Positions 45,264 through 55,451 of a stretch of DNA of 64,000 nucleotides are shown here, in pieces (positions within the stretch are counted from its first letter, which is position 1; the number at the start of each line of letters is the position of its first letter). A program made the translations under genes and the position numbers. The notes beneath the pieces were generated by a model. That model did not search any database. It had not been told where the DNA came from and saw only the letters and a program-made list of their open reading frames with translations. Origin of the DNA: a virus; IMG/VR virus record IMGVR_UViG_3300032220_001356, positions 1 to 64,000 of that record, one strand, 5' to 3'.

Positions 45264-46093
45264 AAAAAATTGGTATAGTTGGTAATGGTTTTGTGGGTAA
45301 TGCAATATATCAAAATTTAAAAAATTCTTGTAATGTTAAAGTATACGATATTGATAAAAATAGATGCTTTAATCAATTAGATGAAATTTATAAATGTGAA
45401 ATCATATTTGTATGCTTACCAACGCCTATGATTAGTAGCGAAGGTGGAAAATGTAATTTAAGTATAATAAACAATTTCTTTCAAAATGTACCTAAATTTT
45501 GTAAATCTTTATTTGTTATAAAATCAACCGTACCTATTGGCACTACTAAACAAATAAAAGAAACAAGAAAAGATTTGATTATTTGCCATAATCCAGAGTT
45601 TTTAACCGCAATAAATGCAGTAGAAGATTTTAAAAATTCAGATAGGAATATAATAGGCGGTGACGAAAACGAAGTTAAACCACTTTATGATTTGTTTATT
45701 GATATGTTTCCAAATTCAAAAATTTTAGTCGTTAGTTCAAATGAATCAGAAACTATAAAATATTTTTCTAACACATTTTTAGCAACAAAAGTTGCATTTT
45801 TTAACATTATGCACGATATTAGTGTAAAATATGATATGAATTATCTTTCTCTAGTTGAAGGTGTTTGTAGCGATAATAGGATAGGGCACTCACATTCAAG
45901 AGTCCCCGGACCAGATGGAGATAAGGGTTTTGGTGGTTCTTGTTTTCCAAAAGATATAAACTCATTAATATATATTTTGAAAGAAAATAATGTTAATTAT
46001 CAAATATTTAATGATATTTGGAATTATAATAAAAGTATAAGAAAAAATTGGGATTGGTCAAACAATCCTTCTGCCGTTAATAATAAGGAGTAA
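45260..46093 (+). CDS. UDP-glucose/GDP-mannose dehydrogenase family protein (short, lacks C-terminal domain)
   Basis: GNGFVG, CLPTP, KSTVP, NPEFL, GFGGSCFPKD. Confidence 0.88.
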   Translation: MKKIGIVGNGFVGNAIYQNLKNSCNVKVYDIDKNRCFNQLDEIYKCEIIFVCLPTPMISSEGGKCNLSIINNFFQNVPKFCKSLFVIKSTVPIGTTKQIKETRKDLIICHNPEFLTAINAVEDFKNSDRNIIGGDENEVKPLYDLFIDMFPNSKILVVSSNESETIKYFSNTFLATKVAFFNIMHDISVKYDMNYLSLVEGVCSDNRIGHSHSRVPGPDGDKGFGGSCFPKDINSLIYILKENNVNYQIFNDIWNYNKSIRKNWDWSNNPSAVNNKE

Positions 46094-46095
46094 AA

Positions 46096-46272
46096 ATGCA
46101 ACTTTCAAATCAAGCAGTAGGTGCCCTCATGTTGGCACTTCAAAAGTCACTTATGGAACAAGCAGATATCGTTCCAATGTTAAAAGATTTTGTGTTCATA
46201 ACATCAGAAGATGGTCTTGTCGTTACCAACCCACCAGTTGTACAATTTGAACAACCATCAGTAGATGAATAA
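46096..46272 (+). CDS. Hypothetical protein, 58 aa (not in ORF track)
   Basis: Hand translation MQLSNQAVGALMLALQKSLMEQ...NPP...; AGGAG RBS; coupled to the next gene. Confidence 0.7.
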   Translation: MQLSNQAVGALMLALQKSLMEQADIVPMLKDFVFITSEDGLVVTNPPVVQFEQPSVDE

Positions 46273-46532
46273 TGCCAAGATATTCTTACATTTGTCAGCA
46301 ATGTGAGAATCAAGTAGAAGCCTTTCATCCAAGCGATGAAAGGCTTTCTTTTTGTGACAAATGCGAAACCGATTCTCTTAAAAAAGTTCTCTCAATCCCA
46401 ACAATTATTAAAAATAATAGTGTTAATCCCTCGACAAATCGCAAAACAGGGGATATAGTAAAAGAGAAAATAGAAGAATTTAGACAAAATCTAAAAGAAC
46501 AAAAACAGGAATTGTTGGATAAGAAGATATGA
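46272..46532 (+). CDS. FmdB-family zinc ribbon protein
   Basis: MPRYSYICQQC...CDKC...LKKVLS. Confidence 0.82.
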   Translation: MPRYSYICQQCENQVEAFHPSDERLSFCDKCETDSLKKVLSIPTIIKNNSVNPSTNRKTGDIVKEKIEEFRQNLKEQKQELLDKKI

Positions 46533-46852
46533 CATTAGTAGCAATATTTTTTATAACGTTATTTGTAACATCCAATGCAATTTTAGTTTGGTATATTAAG
46601 AGATTATTAAACATCATTAACGATACTACTGAAGGTATAGAAGATATGAAGTTAGCTATTGCTAATTTCTCAGAACACTTGCAAAGCATTTATAAGCAAG
46701 AAACTTATTATGGTGAACCAACAATAGAAAGATTGATTGCTCACTCAAAGATGCTAGTTAAAGAAATGGACCAGTTCGTTAAGGTATTTTTAGTCTCTGA
46801 TCCAAAAGTAGAACAAATGGAAACAGAGAATAATGAAGAAGAAACAAAATAA
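46529..46852 (+). CDS. Membrane-anchored hypothetical protein
   Basis: N-terminal hydrophobic helix; ATGA overlap. Confidence 0.68.
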   Translation: MTLVAIFFITLFVTSNAILVWYIKRLLNIINDTTEGIEDMKLAIANFSEHLQSIYKQETYYGEPTIERLIAHSKMLVKEMDQFVKVFLVSDPKVEQMETENNEEETK

Positions 46853-47516
46853 TAGTAACTATTTTACTAAAGAACACGAACAAGCAATGATTGATTATGT
46901 CAACAATAGTGACAAAAAGATCAGAACACAATTATACATAGATTTTATCGAACCAGCATTTAACGAAATGGTTGATAAAATTGTCTTCACATACAAGTTT
47001 ACTACTCTACCTAATATTGATAATTTAAGACAAGAGTGCAAAATTTGGTTAATTACAATATTAGATAAGTATGATCCAACTTCTGGATCTAAAGCATTTT
47101 CTTATTTTTCCGTTATCACAAAAAATTGGTTTATTCACAAAGTTAAAAAGACCACAGAGCAAACCAAGAGAGAAGTTGATTTTGAAGAAATAATAAAGTC
47201 TTGCAATCACGACTCATTAGTTGTTGAAAATCCCTATCTTTCAAACAGAGAAAATGAAGAATTTTGGCTTCATTTGTGGGACGAGATAGAAAGATGGGAT
47301 GAACTAGAACTTAAACCAAACGAAAAGAAAGTAATTGAAGCAATAAAAATACTTCTTAAAGAACCAGATATTATTGAAATATTTAATAAAAAAGCAATCT
47401 ATTTATATTTAAGAGAAATAACTGGTTTAAATACCAAACAAATAGTCAACAATCTTAATCGTATCAGAATAAGATATAAAGACTTTAAAAACGATTGGGA
47501 TAAAGGTGTCTATTAA
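46833..47516 (+). CDS. Phage late sigma factor (gp55-like)
   Basis: Region-2-like LRQEC...LDKYDP..GSKAFSYFSVITKNWFI; C-terminal HTH-like LREITGLNTKQI. Confidence 0.72.
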   Translation: MKKKQNNSNYFTKEHEQAMIDYVNNSDKKIRTQLYIDFIEPAFNEMVDKIVFTYKFTTLPNIDNLRQECKIWLITILDKYDPTSGSKAFSYFSVITKNWFIHKVKKTTEQTKREVDFEEIIKSCNHDSLVVENPYLSNRENEEFWLHLWDEIERWDELELKPNEKKVIEAIKILLKEPDIIEIFNKKAIYLYLREITGLNTKQIVNNLNRIRIRYKDFKNDWDKGVY

Positions 47517-47518
47517 TA

Positions 47519-48928
47519 ATGCCGCAAGATAAAACTATTATTAAAGTTCCTTCTATTGCTTACACACAAGTTGTTCCAAATATCGCAAACAATGTAAGCG
47601 AACTTTTGTACAACGAAGGAATCTATATTAATAGACAATCTTTGTCTGCTTTATATCCCAAGTCTGTTGTAAGAATATATAAAAATGTAAATAATCCAAA
47701 AAAGATTTATCTTTTATCAAAAGACACTTCATTAATGGATGCAATTTCAAATGCCACAAAGTCTGGAACTAGATCCACAGAAAATGAAATCATAGCCAAT
47801 CCTTCATATCAGCAATATGTTTCTACTGATGAAGAACAATTGGTAAAATATTCTAAGTTTACTCAACCATCAAATATTACAACATTAGATTTTACTAATT
47901 CTTCACTAAATGGAAAGCAAGTAAACTTTTATGTGTTGTCCGCAGAATCTTACGTTTCGCTATATCAAACGTTGTCTGGAGAAGTTGTAAGACAAGTTCT
48001 TGAAGATTCTGGAGAGTATAGAACATTAAATGGTCTTTTAAGAAATTCAGATGTTCCATTGAATCAATTGGTGAACTATGATGAAACAACATACAGCTAT
48101 TTGCTTAAATCAAAATCGATTGTAACTGATTTTAGTGAAAACAGCAGTAGCGCACAAAGTAAGCTTGCATCTGTATTTAATGCATCATTGTATGCATACT
48201 GGCAAGAGTCTGGTTCATTTAGCAAACTTAAGCCATTAACAGAATATGAAATTTCACTTTACAAAACTAAAAATATCACTTCTGCAAGGGCAATTGATTT
48301 TTCTCAATATGTAGATAAAAAGTATGATAGCATATGGACACAGAAAGTAGATAATGAAATAGCCTATGCAGGACCAAATTCCGTAAATGATTCGTATGTA
48401 ATATCTGCATACGATACGTATGCTGAGTCTTGGTTCACATTTAGATATAATCCAACGTTTGTGACTTTCCCAGATTCTAACTCAATTGAATACTTGTATG
48501 GTAAAAATTTGTTTTTCTTAAAACAAGATTCTATTATTGGAGAAAGCTCTAATAATAGACAACTATTCAAGATGTTTGGCGATGAAAGCACAATTAGTTT
48601 TGATAGATATTATCGTTCCGGTGATACAACTGAAGTGTATGGTGCATTTAGACAGAACACATATGAAATTTTTGATTCTTCCTATATACTAGACTTAACT
48701 TCTTCCTCTACTACAGACATTTACAAATACGCAAATAGCATAAGAAATACACAAATTTCTAATTTAAGAAACAGCGATTTATCTACAATATATGTTTTGA
48801 AAAATACGTATGATTATACCCAATTTGGGTTTGTTCCAGACAATCCAGAACAAGTTGTTTACGAAATAGAACTTGATGAAGAATTGGAAATACAAAATGG
48901 TGCTTTTGCTGTTGTAGAAATATTATAA
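47519..48928 (+). CDS. Hypothetical protein, possibly virion-associated
   Basis: 469-aa Ser/Tyr/Asn-rich ORF at the start of the structural region. Confidence 0.65.
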   Translation: MPQDKTIIKVPSIAYTQVVPNIANNVSELLYNEGIYINRQSLSALYPKSVVRIYKNVNNPKKIYLLSKDTSLMDAISNATKSGTRSTENEIIANPSYQQYVSTDEEQLVKYSKFTQPSNITTLDFTNSSLNGKQVNFYVLSAESYVSLYQTLSGEVVRQVLEDSGEYRTLNGLLRNSDVPLNQLVNYDETTYSYLLKSKSIVTDFSENSSSAQSKLASVFNASLYAYWQESGSFSKLKPLTEYEISLYKTKNITSARAIDFSQYVDKKYDSIWTQKVDNEIAYAGPNSVNDSYVISAYDTYAESWFTFRYNPTFVTFPDSNSIEYLYGKNLFFLKQDSIIGESSNNRQLFKMFGDESTISFDRYYRSGDTTEVYGAFRQNTYEIFDSSYILDLTSSSTTDIYKYANSIRNTQISNLRNSDLSTIYVLKNTYDYTQFGFVPDNPEQVVYEIELDEELEIQNGAFAVVEIL

Positions 48929-48944
48929 ATATCTATTTACTTAT

Positions 48945-49238
48945 ATGAACAAGACAGAAAAATATATTTCAAAAGCAATTTCAAATATTGAAAAAGACAG
49001 AGAAGTTACAACAGAATTGTTGAACGATGTTATGTCTTATATTGGCTCTGATCGTTCAAAACATGCAGAAGTTGGACACGTAACTGCCAAATATATTGAA
49101 TCTTTGCAACGCTCAAACGAACAACTAGTAAAGTTAGTTACTATTATGGCAAAAAAAGAAGATTCAATATATGGTGATTTAAGCGATGACGATAAAACAA
49201 GCATTTATGATAAGTTGAATAACAAAGAGGAATACTAA
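48945..49238 (+). CDS. Hypothetical protein
   Basis: 97-aa ORF; CTATTTA at 48933 lies 5 nt upstream. Confidence 0.7.
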   Translation: MNKTEKYISKAISNIEKDREVTTELLNDVMSYIGSDRSKHAEVGHVTAKYIESLQRSNEQLVKLVTIMAKKEDSIYGDLSDDDKTSIYDKLNNKEEY

Positions 49239-50560
49239 TGGCTAATATTCCTCTTACGCTTAATTATGTTGTGGATCAGACCGCACCAGAATTAGAAGAT
49301 CCGTTATTAAGAACGGAAACTAGAAAACAATTATCTAAAGCTGCAATTAGAGTTAATAATCAAAGAAACTTTTTAGATAAAAAAACATATAATGCAGTTG
49401 TAGTGCAAGTCTTCGACGCAGGCTTACCAGCAGAACAAGGCACTACATTAAGAAACATATTTGAAAAAGTGGCCGCTTTTTTCCCACCAAATGGAAATAT
49501 ATCAGACAATCCTATTCAATGTAGAGCAATTGTACCAGACTTACATGATTCCGTAGTACCAATTCCAGATATAATTGACCTTCCCAGTATATCAGTTTCT
49601 GGTCCATATCAAAAGTTTTTGAATTTAGTTCCTATTTTTTATGCTCCTGCCAATTCTTTTAATATTGTCGATTTAAACGTTGGTAGTATAATTGAAGTTG
49701 AGTTTAATGATAACAATTATAATGAAGGAAGAATAATAAAAGTTTTAAAATCGGCAGTTGTTAATCCCCCAACTCCTATTCCTTCTACACCTCCATCTCC
49801 TGTACCGGGTTCTGGTGGTTCGACCGGCGGCGGACCATCTTTACCCGGAACCCCAGCGCCATATAGCGGTACTCCACAAGCAACCAACTGCAATGAAGCT
49901 ATACAAGAATTGTTTGATTTAATCGCTTCTCATGAATCTGGCGGTAGTTATGATGCGATGAATAGAGGTGCTTGTAAAGATTGTTCTGGTACTGGCGGTG
50001 CTCCTAGATGGTTAGTTAAAGGTGGTTCAAATAATGCAGGATCGGGACCGGGAAATCAAACAGGGCCACTTTCTACAAGAACAATACAAAATATAAGATA
50101 TTGGCAAAGTCTTCCTCTCCCTTCTGAAACAATATTACATGCAACTACGCATAGACTTTTTGCTGCCGGTAAATATCAAATCATTATAGGTACAATGGGC
50201 CAATTTTTAAAATATTTGAAAGTTCCAGAAGACAGCCAACAAATATTTGATCCTACTTTTCAAGAGCAATTTAAAGATTTTATTTTAAAATCTGCTAGAC
50301 CATCCGTTGGCAATTATGTGTTTAGTAGAAATAACGATTTAATAAAAGCAGCTTTAGAATTAGCTAAAGAGTTTGCTTCGATTGGCGTTCCAACAAACAC
50401 ACAAAGAAAAGCAAAAATTAATGGAAAATCTGTTATAATAAATCTTACAAAAGGCGATTCTTACTACAAAGGAGTAGGAAATAATAAAGCAGCTACGTCA
50501 CCAGACGAAATAATGGCACTTTTACAAAACGCCAGAAATCGATGCGCCCCTAATCCATAA
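49238..50560 (+). CDS. Putative baseplate hub protein with C-terminal lysozyme-like domain
   Basis: N-terminal OB-like beta region, Pro/Gly linker, IASHESGGSYDAMN...AAGKYQI...EFAS. Confidence 0.65.
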   Translation: MANIPLTLNYVVDQTAPELEDPLLRTETRKQLSKAAIRVNNQRNFLDKKTYNAVVVQVFDAGLPAEQGTTLRNIFEKVAAFFPPNGNISDNPIQCRAIVPDLHDSVVPIPDIIDLPSISVSGPYQKFLNLVPIFYAPANSFNIVDLNVGSIIEVEFNDNNYNEGRIIKVLKSAVVNPPTPIPSTPPSPVPGSGGSTGGGPSLPGTPAPYSGTPQATNCNEAIQELFDLIASHESGGSYDAMNRGACKDCSGTGGAPRWLVKGGSNNAGSGPGNQTGPLSTRTIQNIRYWQSLPLPSETILHATTHRLFAAGKYQIIIGTMGQFLKYLKVPEDSQQIFDPTFQEQFKDFILKSARPSVGNYVFSRNNDLIKAALELAKEFASIGVPTNTQRKAKINGKSVIINLTKGDSYYKGVGNNKAATSPDEIMALLQNARNRCAPNP

Positions 50561-50576
50561 CCTTAATAATTAAATC

Positions 50577-51512
50577 ATGAGTACAAACGACAGCAACAAT
50601 CCATTTAAGCCAAGTATCATAAAAAGCAAACTATATGGTCAATTAGAACCAAATATAAAAGCTTCTGATTCTGGTGTTGGAAATAAACCACAGCAAGAAT
50701 CAAAGTTTATTTACTCTCGCGCAGGTAATGAATCTGTATTGGGTGGTGGAGATAGAAACGCTTATATAGTTTTTGGTTCCGATAGACCAGATAGTACAAT
50801 AAGTGGTTATGGTGGCGAAGGTGGGACACAATGCAACACGATAGATATTGTTGTTGGTAGAGGTTCGGCAGTAGCGCCAGCACTAGACCCAGCAGATAAT
50901 ATACCTCCATTATATATCTCAAATAACTTTGTTTTAGATGCAGCAAGAGTGTATATAAGTCAAAAAACAGACGTAGATACAAATTTTGGTTTGGTTGATG
51001 GTAAAGTTGGAAATTCAAAAGCTAAATCTGCAATCGCACTAAAAGCAGATGGTTTAAGATTTATTGCAAGAGATGGTATCAAGTTTGTTACAAAAACAGA
51101 CCTTAAAAATTCAGCAGGAAAAGATGTTGATAATCATTATGGAATTGATTTAATCGCAAACAACGACGATTCGAACTTGCAACAAATGGTTCTTGGAAAT
51201 AGTCTCGCTTCTTGTTTAGAAGAATTGATTACAGAAATCGATAAGCTTCAAAATAGAGTTGGTGAATTTATTGATCAACAACAAATATTTAATGACAAAA
51301 TTGCAAATCACACACATTATAGTCTAGGACTTGTCGAAGAAACTACAATAAGCCCTCAATTAGCTGTTCAAAATGGCCTGTTAAAAGTAAAGAAGTTTTT
51401 AAGTTTTGATGTTGGATACTATCTTCAAAAAACAAACTTTATTTATTTAATCAACAAATATTTGCAAAACGGCAAATCTTCCATTTTAAGCAAATACAAC
51501 AGAGTTAACTAA
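50577..51512 (+). CDS. Putative baseplate spike (gp5-like) protein
   Basis: Beta-rich repeats, MVLGN...L, and NHTH (HxH) near the C-terminus; baseplate context. Confidence 0.55.
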   Translation: MSTNDSNNPFKPSIIKSKLYGQLEPNIKASDSGVGNKPQQESKFIYSRAGNESVLGGGDRNAYIVFGSDRPDSTISGYGGEGGTQCNTIDIVVGRGSAVAPALDPADNIPPLYISNNFVLDAARVYISQKTDVDTNFGLVDGKVGNSKAKSAIALKADGLRFIARDGIKFVTKTDLKNSAGKDVDNHYGIDLIANNDDSNLQQMVLGNSLASCLEELITEIDKLQNRVGEFIDQQQIFNDKIANHTHYSLGLVEETTISPQLAVQNGLLKVKKFLSFDVGYYLQKTNFIYLINKYLQNGKSSILSKYNRVN

Positions 51513-51519
51513 TTAAAAT

Positions 51520-53580
51520 ATGGCTTCCCATTATGTTTCATCGTCTATATCGCCAACAATTGCGTTATATGGCAATAAATCAACAACTTCTAGAATTATT
51601 GAAACATTAACATCTAGTGCGGAAATTGTTGTTTTAAAAGAAAACGAAGGGCAAAATTGCGAATTTCATTTTGTTTCAAGTTCAACAAATCAAGGATATA
51701 TATTAAAAGAATTCATCTATAGATTACCAGACACACCAGAGTCTGCTCCGTTTGTTTGTTATGTTGGAACCGAAAACACTTCTTATGTACCCCCAGAGTG
51801 GTACCTGTTGGCAGAAGATCGACCATATATTGATCAAGCTACATTAGAATATTGCACTTGTGTTACCTACAACTCTTTAAGTTTAAGAGGAATAAGTGAA
51901 CAAGAAATAATTAAGCAGGGTATAAAACAATTATGTAAATTTTATAACAAAGCTTATAGTGACGATGCAATTGAAACTTATATGAGCTATTATCTTTTTG
52001 CTAGAATTGCTGACACTTATATTCCTTTTAGGAAGTTTATGAGAGTCAAGTATCTTGTTTCAATTCCTAGAAAATACTTTGATGCTTTACCAGATGCTCT
52101 TGAAAATCAATTAATTGCTCCATTGCAAAGAGACTTAACAAAAGCAAACTTTATTTTAAAAATTAACTTAAAAGAGAAAACAAATTTATTTAAAAATTTA
52201 ATTAATTTGCTTAGTTTATATCAAACAGATATATTTTTTAGCAATTCTACACTTGTGTTTAACCAAGAAACAATCATTGGTGAAGATGAATTATTACAAA
52301 ACTCAATTGTAAAAAAAGTTGATTTTAAACAAAAAAGACAAAATGTAATTAATTTTGAACAAAGATTGGACGAATTGTTAAGCTTAAATGGTTTTCCAAT
52401 AAGTTTGGATAACAATGATCTGGCAAATATAGAGATTCACTTATTGTTAAACGAAGATTGTAATATTCTTTATGATGTTGCTGTTTCTAGAAACGGAAGT
52501 TGTTTAAAACTAAGAAAGGGTATAGAATTCTTTTTAAAAACAGAACCTGTTTCCGATCCAACAACAATCAATTTTGTTAGAAATATTTATGCAATAAATT
52601 CAATACAAAAATGCAAAGTTCCTTGGTATGAATTTACAGAAATTTATTTCTATCCTTCTATATCAGTTCTACAACCAGTTGAAGATTCAAACTTGACTTC
52701 AAAAGAAGTGTTTGACAATCTTTATTCTTTTTTCCAATCTCAAAGAGAATTGGCAAAAAACAGACCAATTTTAACACTTGAAGAAACAATAGAGTTGACC
52801 AAAACTATTAATGAATTTAGGAATCCAAAAAACTTTTTAAACACAACAATTCCATTTTATACATTGATAGATCAAGGAAGCACAACATCCCCCAGAGATT
52901 TAGAAAAAACTCTAGAAGATTTAGATAAATCAATTGACGAATCACCACTTGCAAAAGAAGACATTTATTTAGTAAATATGGTTGGGCCAATAGTAAGTGA
53001 TATAAACGGCTATTATTATGTTAGCAAAATTGGAAACATTTGGAGACTAGGTAAACAATATCTTGGAAATACAGAGATAATTAAATTAGATACTGAAAAT
53101 ACAAGAGTTGAAATTATTGTTGAAGGTTATCCAAAAGAAATACATACTCTTTTTAAAGTTAACAAAGCAGATTATGCTAAAAGTCAAATAGATAAAGGAA
53201 TATTGTTTAAAGTTTATGAATTTTTGAATAAAATTGGATTCTGTAAACTAACAAATGTCGGTCTTGGATGTTTAATGTCGTTAGCTAGAACAATTTTGTC
53301 TCCAATTGAAATAAAGACAATTTTAGAAATTACAGAACTTACAAATTTTGATTATGAAAAAATGATAAATGATATTATTCCATATTTACCAAAAGAACAA
53401 CAACAACTTGTATATGAACAGCTTTTAATTGAAATTGGTTGCTTAAACGAAGATGCACTAAGATATATACTTAAAATGAATTTAACATTAGACGAATATC
53501 GTTCTTTGGAGTTGCAATCAGCAAGTTACGATCAAATAGTTAAAGAAGTAGCAAAAAAAATGTCAATGAGTGTAAATTAA
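51520..53580 (+). CDS. Hypothetical structural-region protein
   Basis: 686-aa ORF. Confidence 0.7.
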   Translation: MASHYVSSSISPTIALYGNKSTTSRIIETLTSSAEIVVLKENEGQNCEFHFVSSSTNQGYILKEFIYRLPDTPESAPFVCYVGTENTSYVPPEWYLLAEDRPYIDQATLEYCTCVTYNSLSLRGISEQEIIKQGIKQLCKFYNKAYSDDAIETYMSYYLFARIADTYIPFRKFMRVKYLVSIPRKYFDALPDALENQLIAPLQRDLTKANFILKINLKEKTNLFKNLINLLSLYQTDIFFSNSTLVFNQETIIGEDELLQNSIVKKVDFKQKRQNVINFEQRLDELLSLNGFPISLDNNDLANIEIHLLLNEDCNILYDVAVSRNGSCLKLRKGIEFFLKTEPVSDPTTINFVRNIYAINSIQKCKVPWYEFTEIYFYPSISVLQPVEDSNLTSKEVFDNLYSFFQSQRELAKNRPILTLEETIELTKTINEFRNPKNFLNTTIPFYTLIDQGSTTSPRDLEKTLEDLDKSIDESPLAKEDIYLVNMVGPIVSDINGYYYVSKIGNIWRLGKQYLGNTEIIKLDTENTRVEIIVEGYPKEIHTLFKVNKADYAKSQIDKGILFKVYEFLNKIGFCKLTNVGLGCLMSLARTILSPIEIKTILEITELTNFDYEKMINDIIPYLPKEQQQLVYEQLLIEIGCLNEDALRYILKMNLTLDEYRSLELQSASYDQIVKEVAKKMSMSVN

Positions 53581-53581
53581 A

Positions 53582-55450
53582 ATGGCAGAAACAAACGAAT
53601 ATTGCTTTGATTTAGAACAATTTTCTAACAACGCATTAGCAATTAAGATAAAAAACGATCTAATTGATAAATTACTTGCTTGTTCATCAAAACAAGAAGT
53701 TGAAGACACATTAAATAAAGTAATTAGCGAAAATTATGACAATTTAGATATTGAAAAAGTAAGACAAGGTAATGCCGTTGTTAATGCTGCGCTTGATAAT
53801 TTTGTTGCTTGCTCGTTAGAAGAAACTGCAAATGGTTTGTCAAATATACAAATTGAAATTGGACAATTATTAAAAAATGCTGTTGATTTAGTTTGTAATC
53901 CTCCTAATTTTGAAATTCCTGCACCATATCCAATATTCGATATTAGCTCTGACTTTTTAAAAAGATTGCTTAATTCATTATTAAAATTAATTATTAAATT
54001 TATAATTTCAATTCTTAAAAAATTATTACAGATAATAGCTGAATTTTGTTCTAGTGGTTTGAGTTTACAAAACCTATATGGTGGACAAGATATAGTCTCG
54101 GCAATACAAGGTTCATTTACGGAAGTAGCACAAAATGCAATAGAAGATGCACAACAAATTACAGAAAAATTTGTTAATGGTGCATTTTTGTTGTTTGGAA
54201 TTGATCAATATGGTGTTCCATCTACAGAATTGATGATGGGCGAAAGTTGTGAAGAAAAAGTACCATTTGATAATTCTAATGTAAAATCTGGTATGGATTT
54301 TCTTGACGATTTATCTTCAATCTTAACACCACTTGAAATTTGTGATTTATTTGAAGGTTCTCCAAGCGAACAAACGCTACAAATCATTGAAGAGCTTATA
54401 AAATTTGAATACTCAAATAACATGGGTCTTGCGTTAAATACCAGAACAAGAATAAAAGATTTATTTGTTCTTTTGGGCTCAAAAGTAGATCCAGTTTTTT
54501 GTTCCACTATTAGAGATAGTGCCGAAGAACTTTATACAAGACCAGACCTATGCTTTACCGAAGATGGTTCTTCTGTTAGAAGAAGGTTTTTGGGTGATAA
54601 AGGTTTACCAGACGAAGAAATAGAAGAAGCAATTAGAAGAGAAAGAGAAAGAACAAGAGAAAGTCTTGAAAGATTGACGGAACTTGCTGCAACACTAAGA
54701 AATAATCCAGACAGAATATTTGGACAAAATCAAGAAGTATTTTGTAGAAACGGACAACAAGGAATAGTAACAGCAGATGATATGCCACATTTGGCTGACA
54801 ATCTTTCTTCTACTCTTGATTATACGTATAATATTTTTTATAACACATACGTAAAAGAAGTAGATACTTTTGCCTCTACTTTACTCACACAAGATAAAAA
54901 ACTAAACGAAGAAGAACCTGTAATTCCAAAGTTTACAACTCTTTCATTTGTGGATAGCGAGGGAAATACTCAAACTATTAATAATGGATTAAACCCAACA
55001 TTTTTACAAAAGACTTCATTTGGTTCTTTCACAATATGTGACGAAAATGCTAACACCGATATTGTGTCATTAGATAGACAATATCCAAAAGCTGTTGATG
55101 ATGATGGTAATATAGATACACAAAAGATTATATCTGTAACTTCTAAAAAAGAAGCAAGAGAACTTTTAGGTTCAAATAATGTTTATATCTTAAATTATAT
55201 AAATACTGAAAAAATAGCTTCTGATCTTTATGACAACAAGTATGGCTTTTATTCTTCAAGTTCTTTTTATATTGGCGGTACAAGAGTAAAAAGAATTAAA
55301 GACTTTATTTCTTATGATATAAGTAATATGTCTGTAACTATCAACATACCAAACAAGTTCGTTCCATTTGGACAGGAACAAACAATTCCAGATTTCGACT
55401 CAATACCTTCGCTTGACAATATAGTAGTTAACATTACAGGAGCGGTATAA
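53582..55450 (+). CDS. Hypothetical structural-region protein
   Basis: 622-aa helical ORF. Confidence 0.7.
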   Translation: MAETNEYCFDLEQFSNNALAIKIKNDLIDKLLACSSKQEVEDTLNKVISENYDNLDIEKVRQGNAVVNAALDNFVACSLEETANGLSNIQIEIGQLLKNAVDLVCNPPNFEIPAPYPIFDISSDFLKRLLNSLLKLIIKFIISILKKLLQIIAEFCSSGLSLQNLYGGQDIVSAIQGSFTEVAQNAIEDAQQITEKFVNGAFLLFGIDQYGVPSTELMMGESCEEKVPFDNSNVKSGMDFLDDLSSILTPLEICDLFEGSPSEQTLQIIEELIKFEYSNNMGLALNTRTRIKDLFVLLGSKVDPVFCSTIRDSAEELYTRPDLCFTEDGSSVRRRFLGDKGLPDEEIEEAIRRERERTRESLERLTELAATLRNNPDRIFGQNQEVFCRNGQQGIVTADDMPHLADNLSSTLDYTYNIFYNTYVKEVDTFASTLLTQDKKLNEEEPVIPKFTTLSFVDSEGNTQTINNGLNPTFLQKTSFGSFTICDENANTDIVSLDRQYPKAVDDDGNIDTQKIISVTSKKEARELLGSNNVYILNYINTEKIASDLYDNKYGFYSSSSFYIGGTRVKRIKDFISYDISNMSVTINIPNKFVPFGQEQTIPDFDSIPSLDNIVVNITGAV

Positions 55451-55451
55451 A

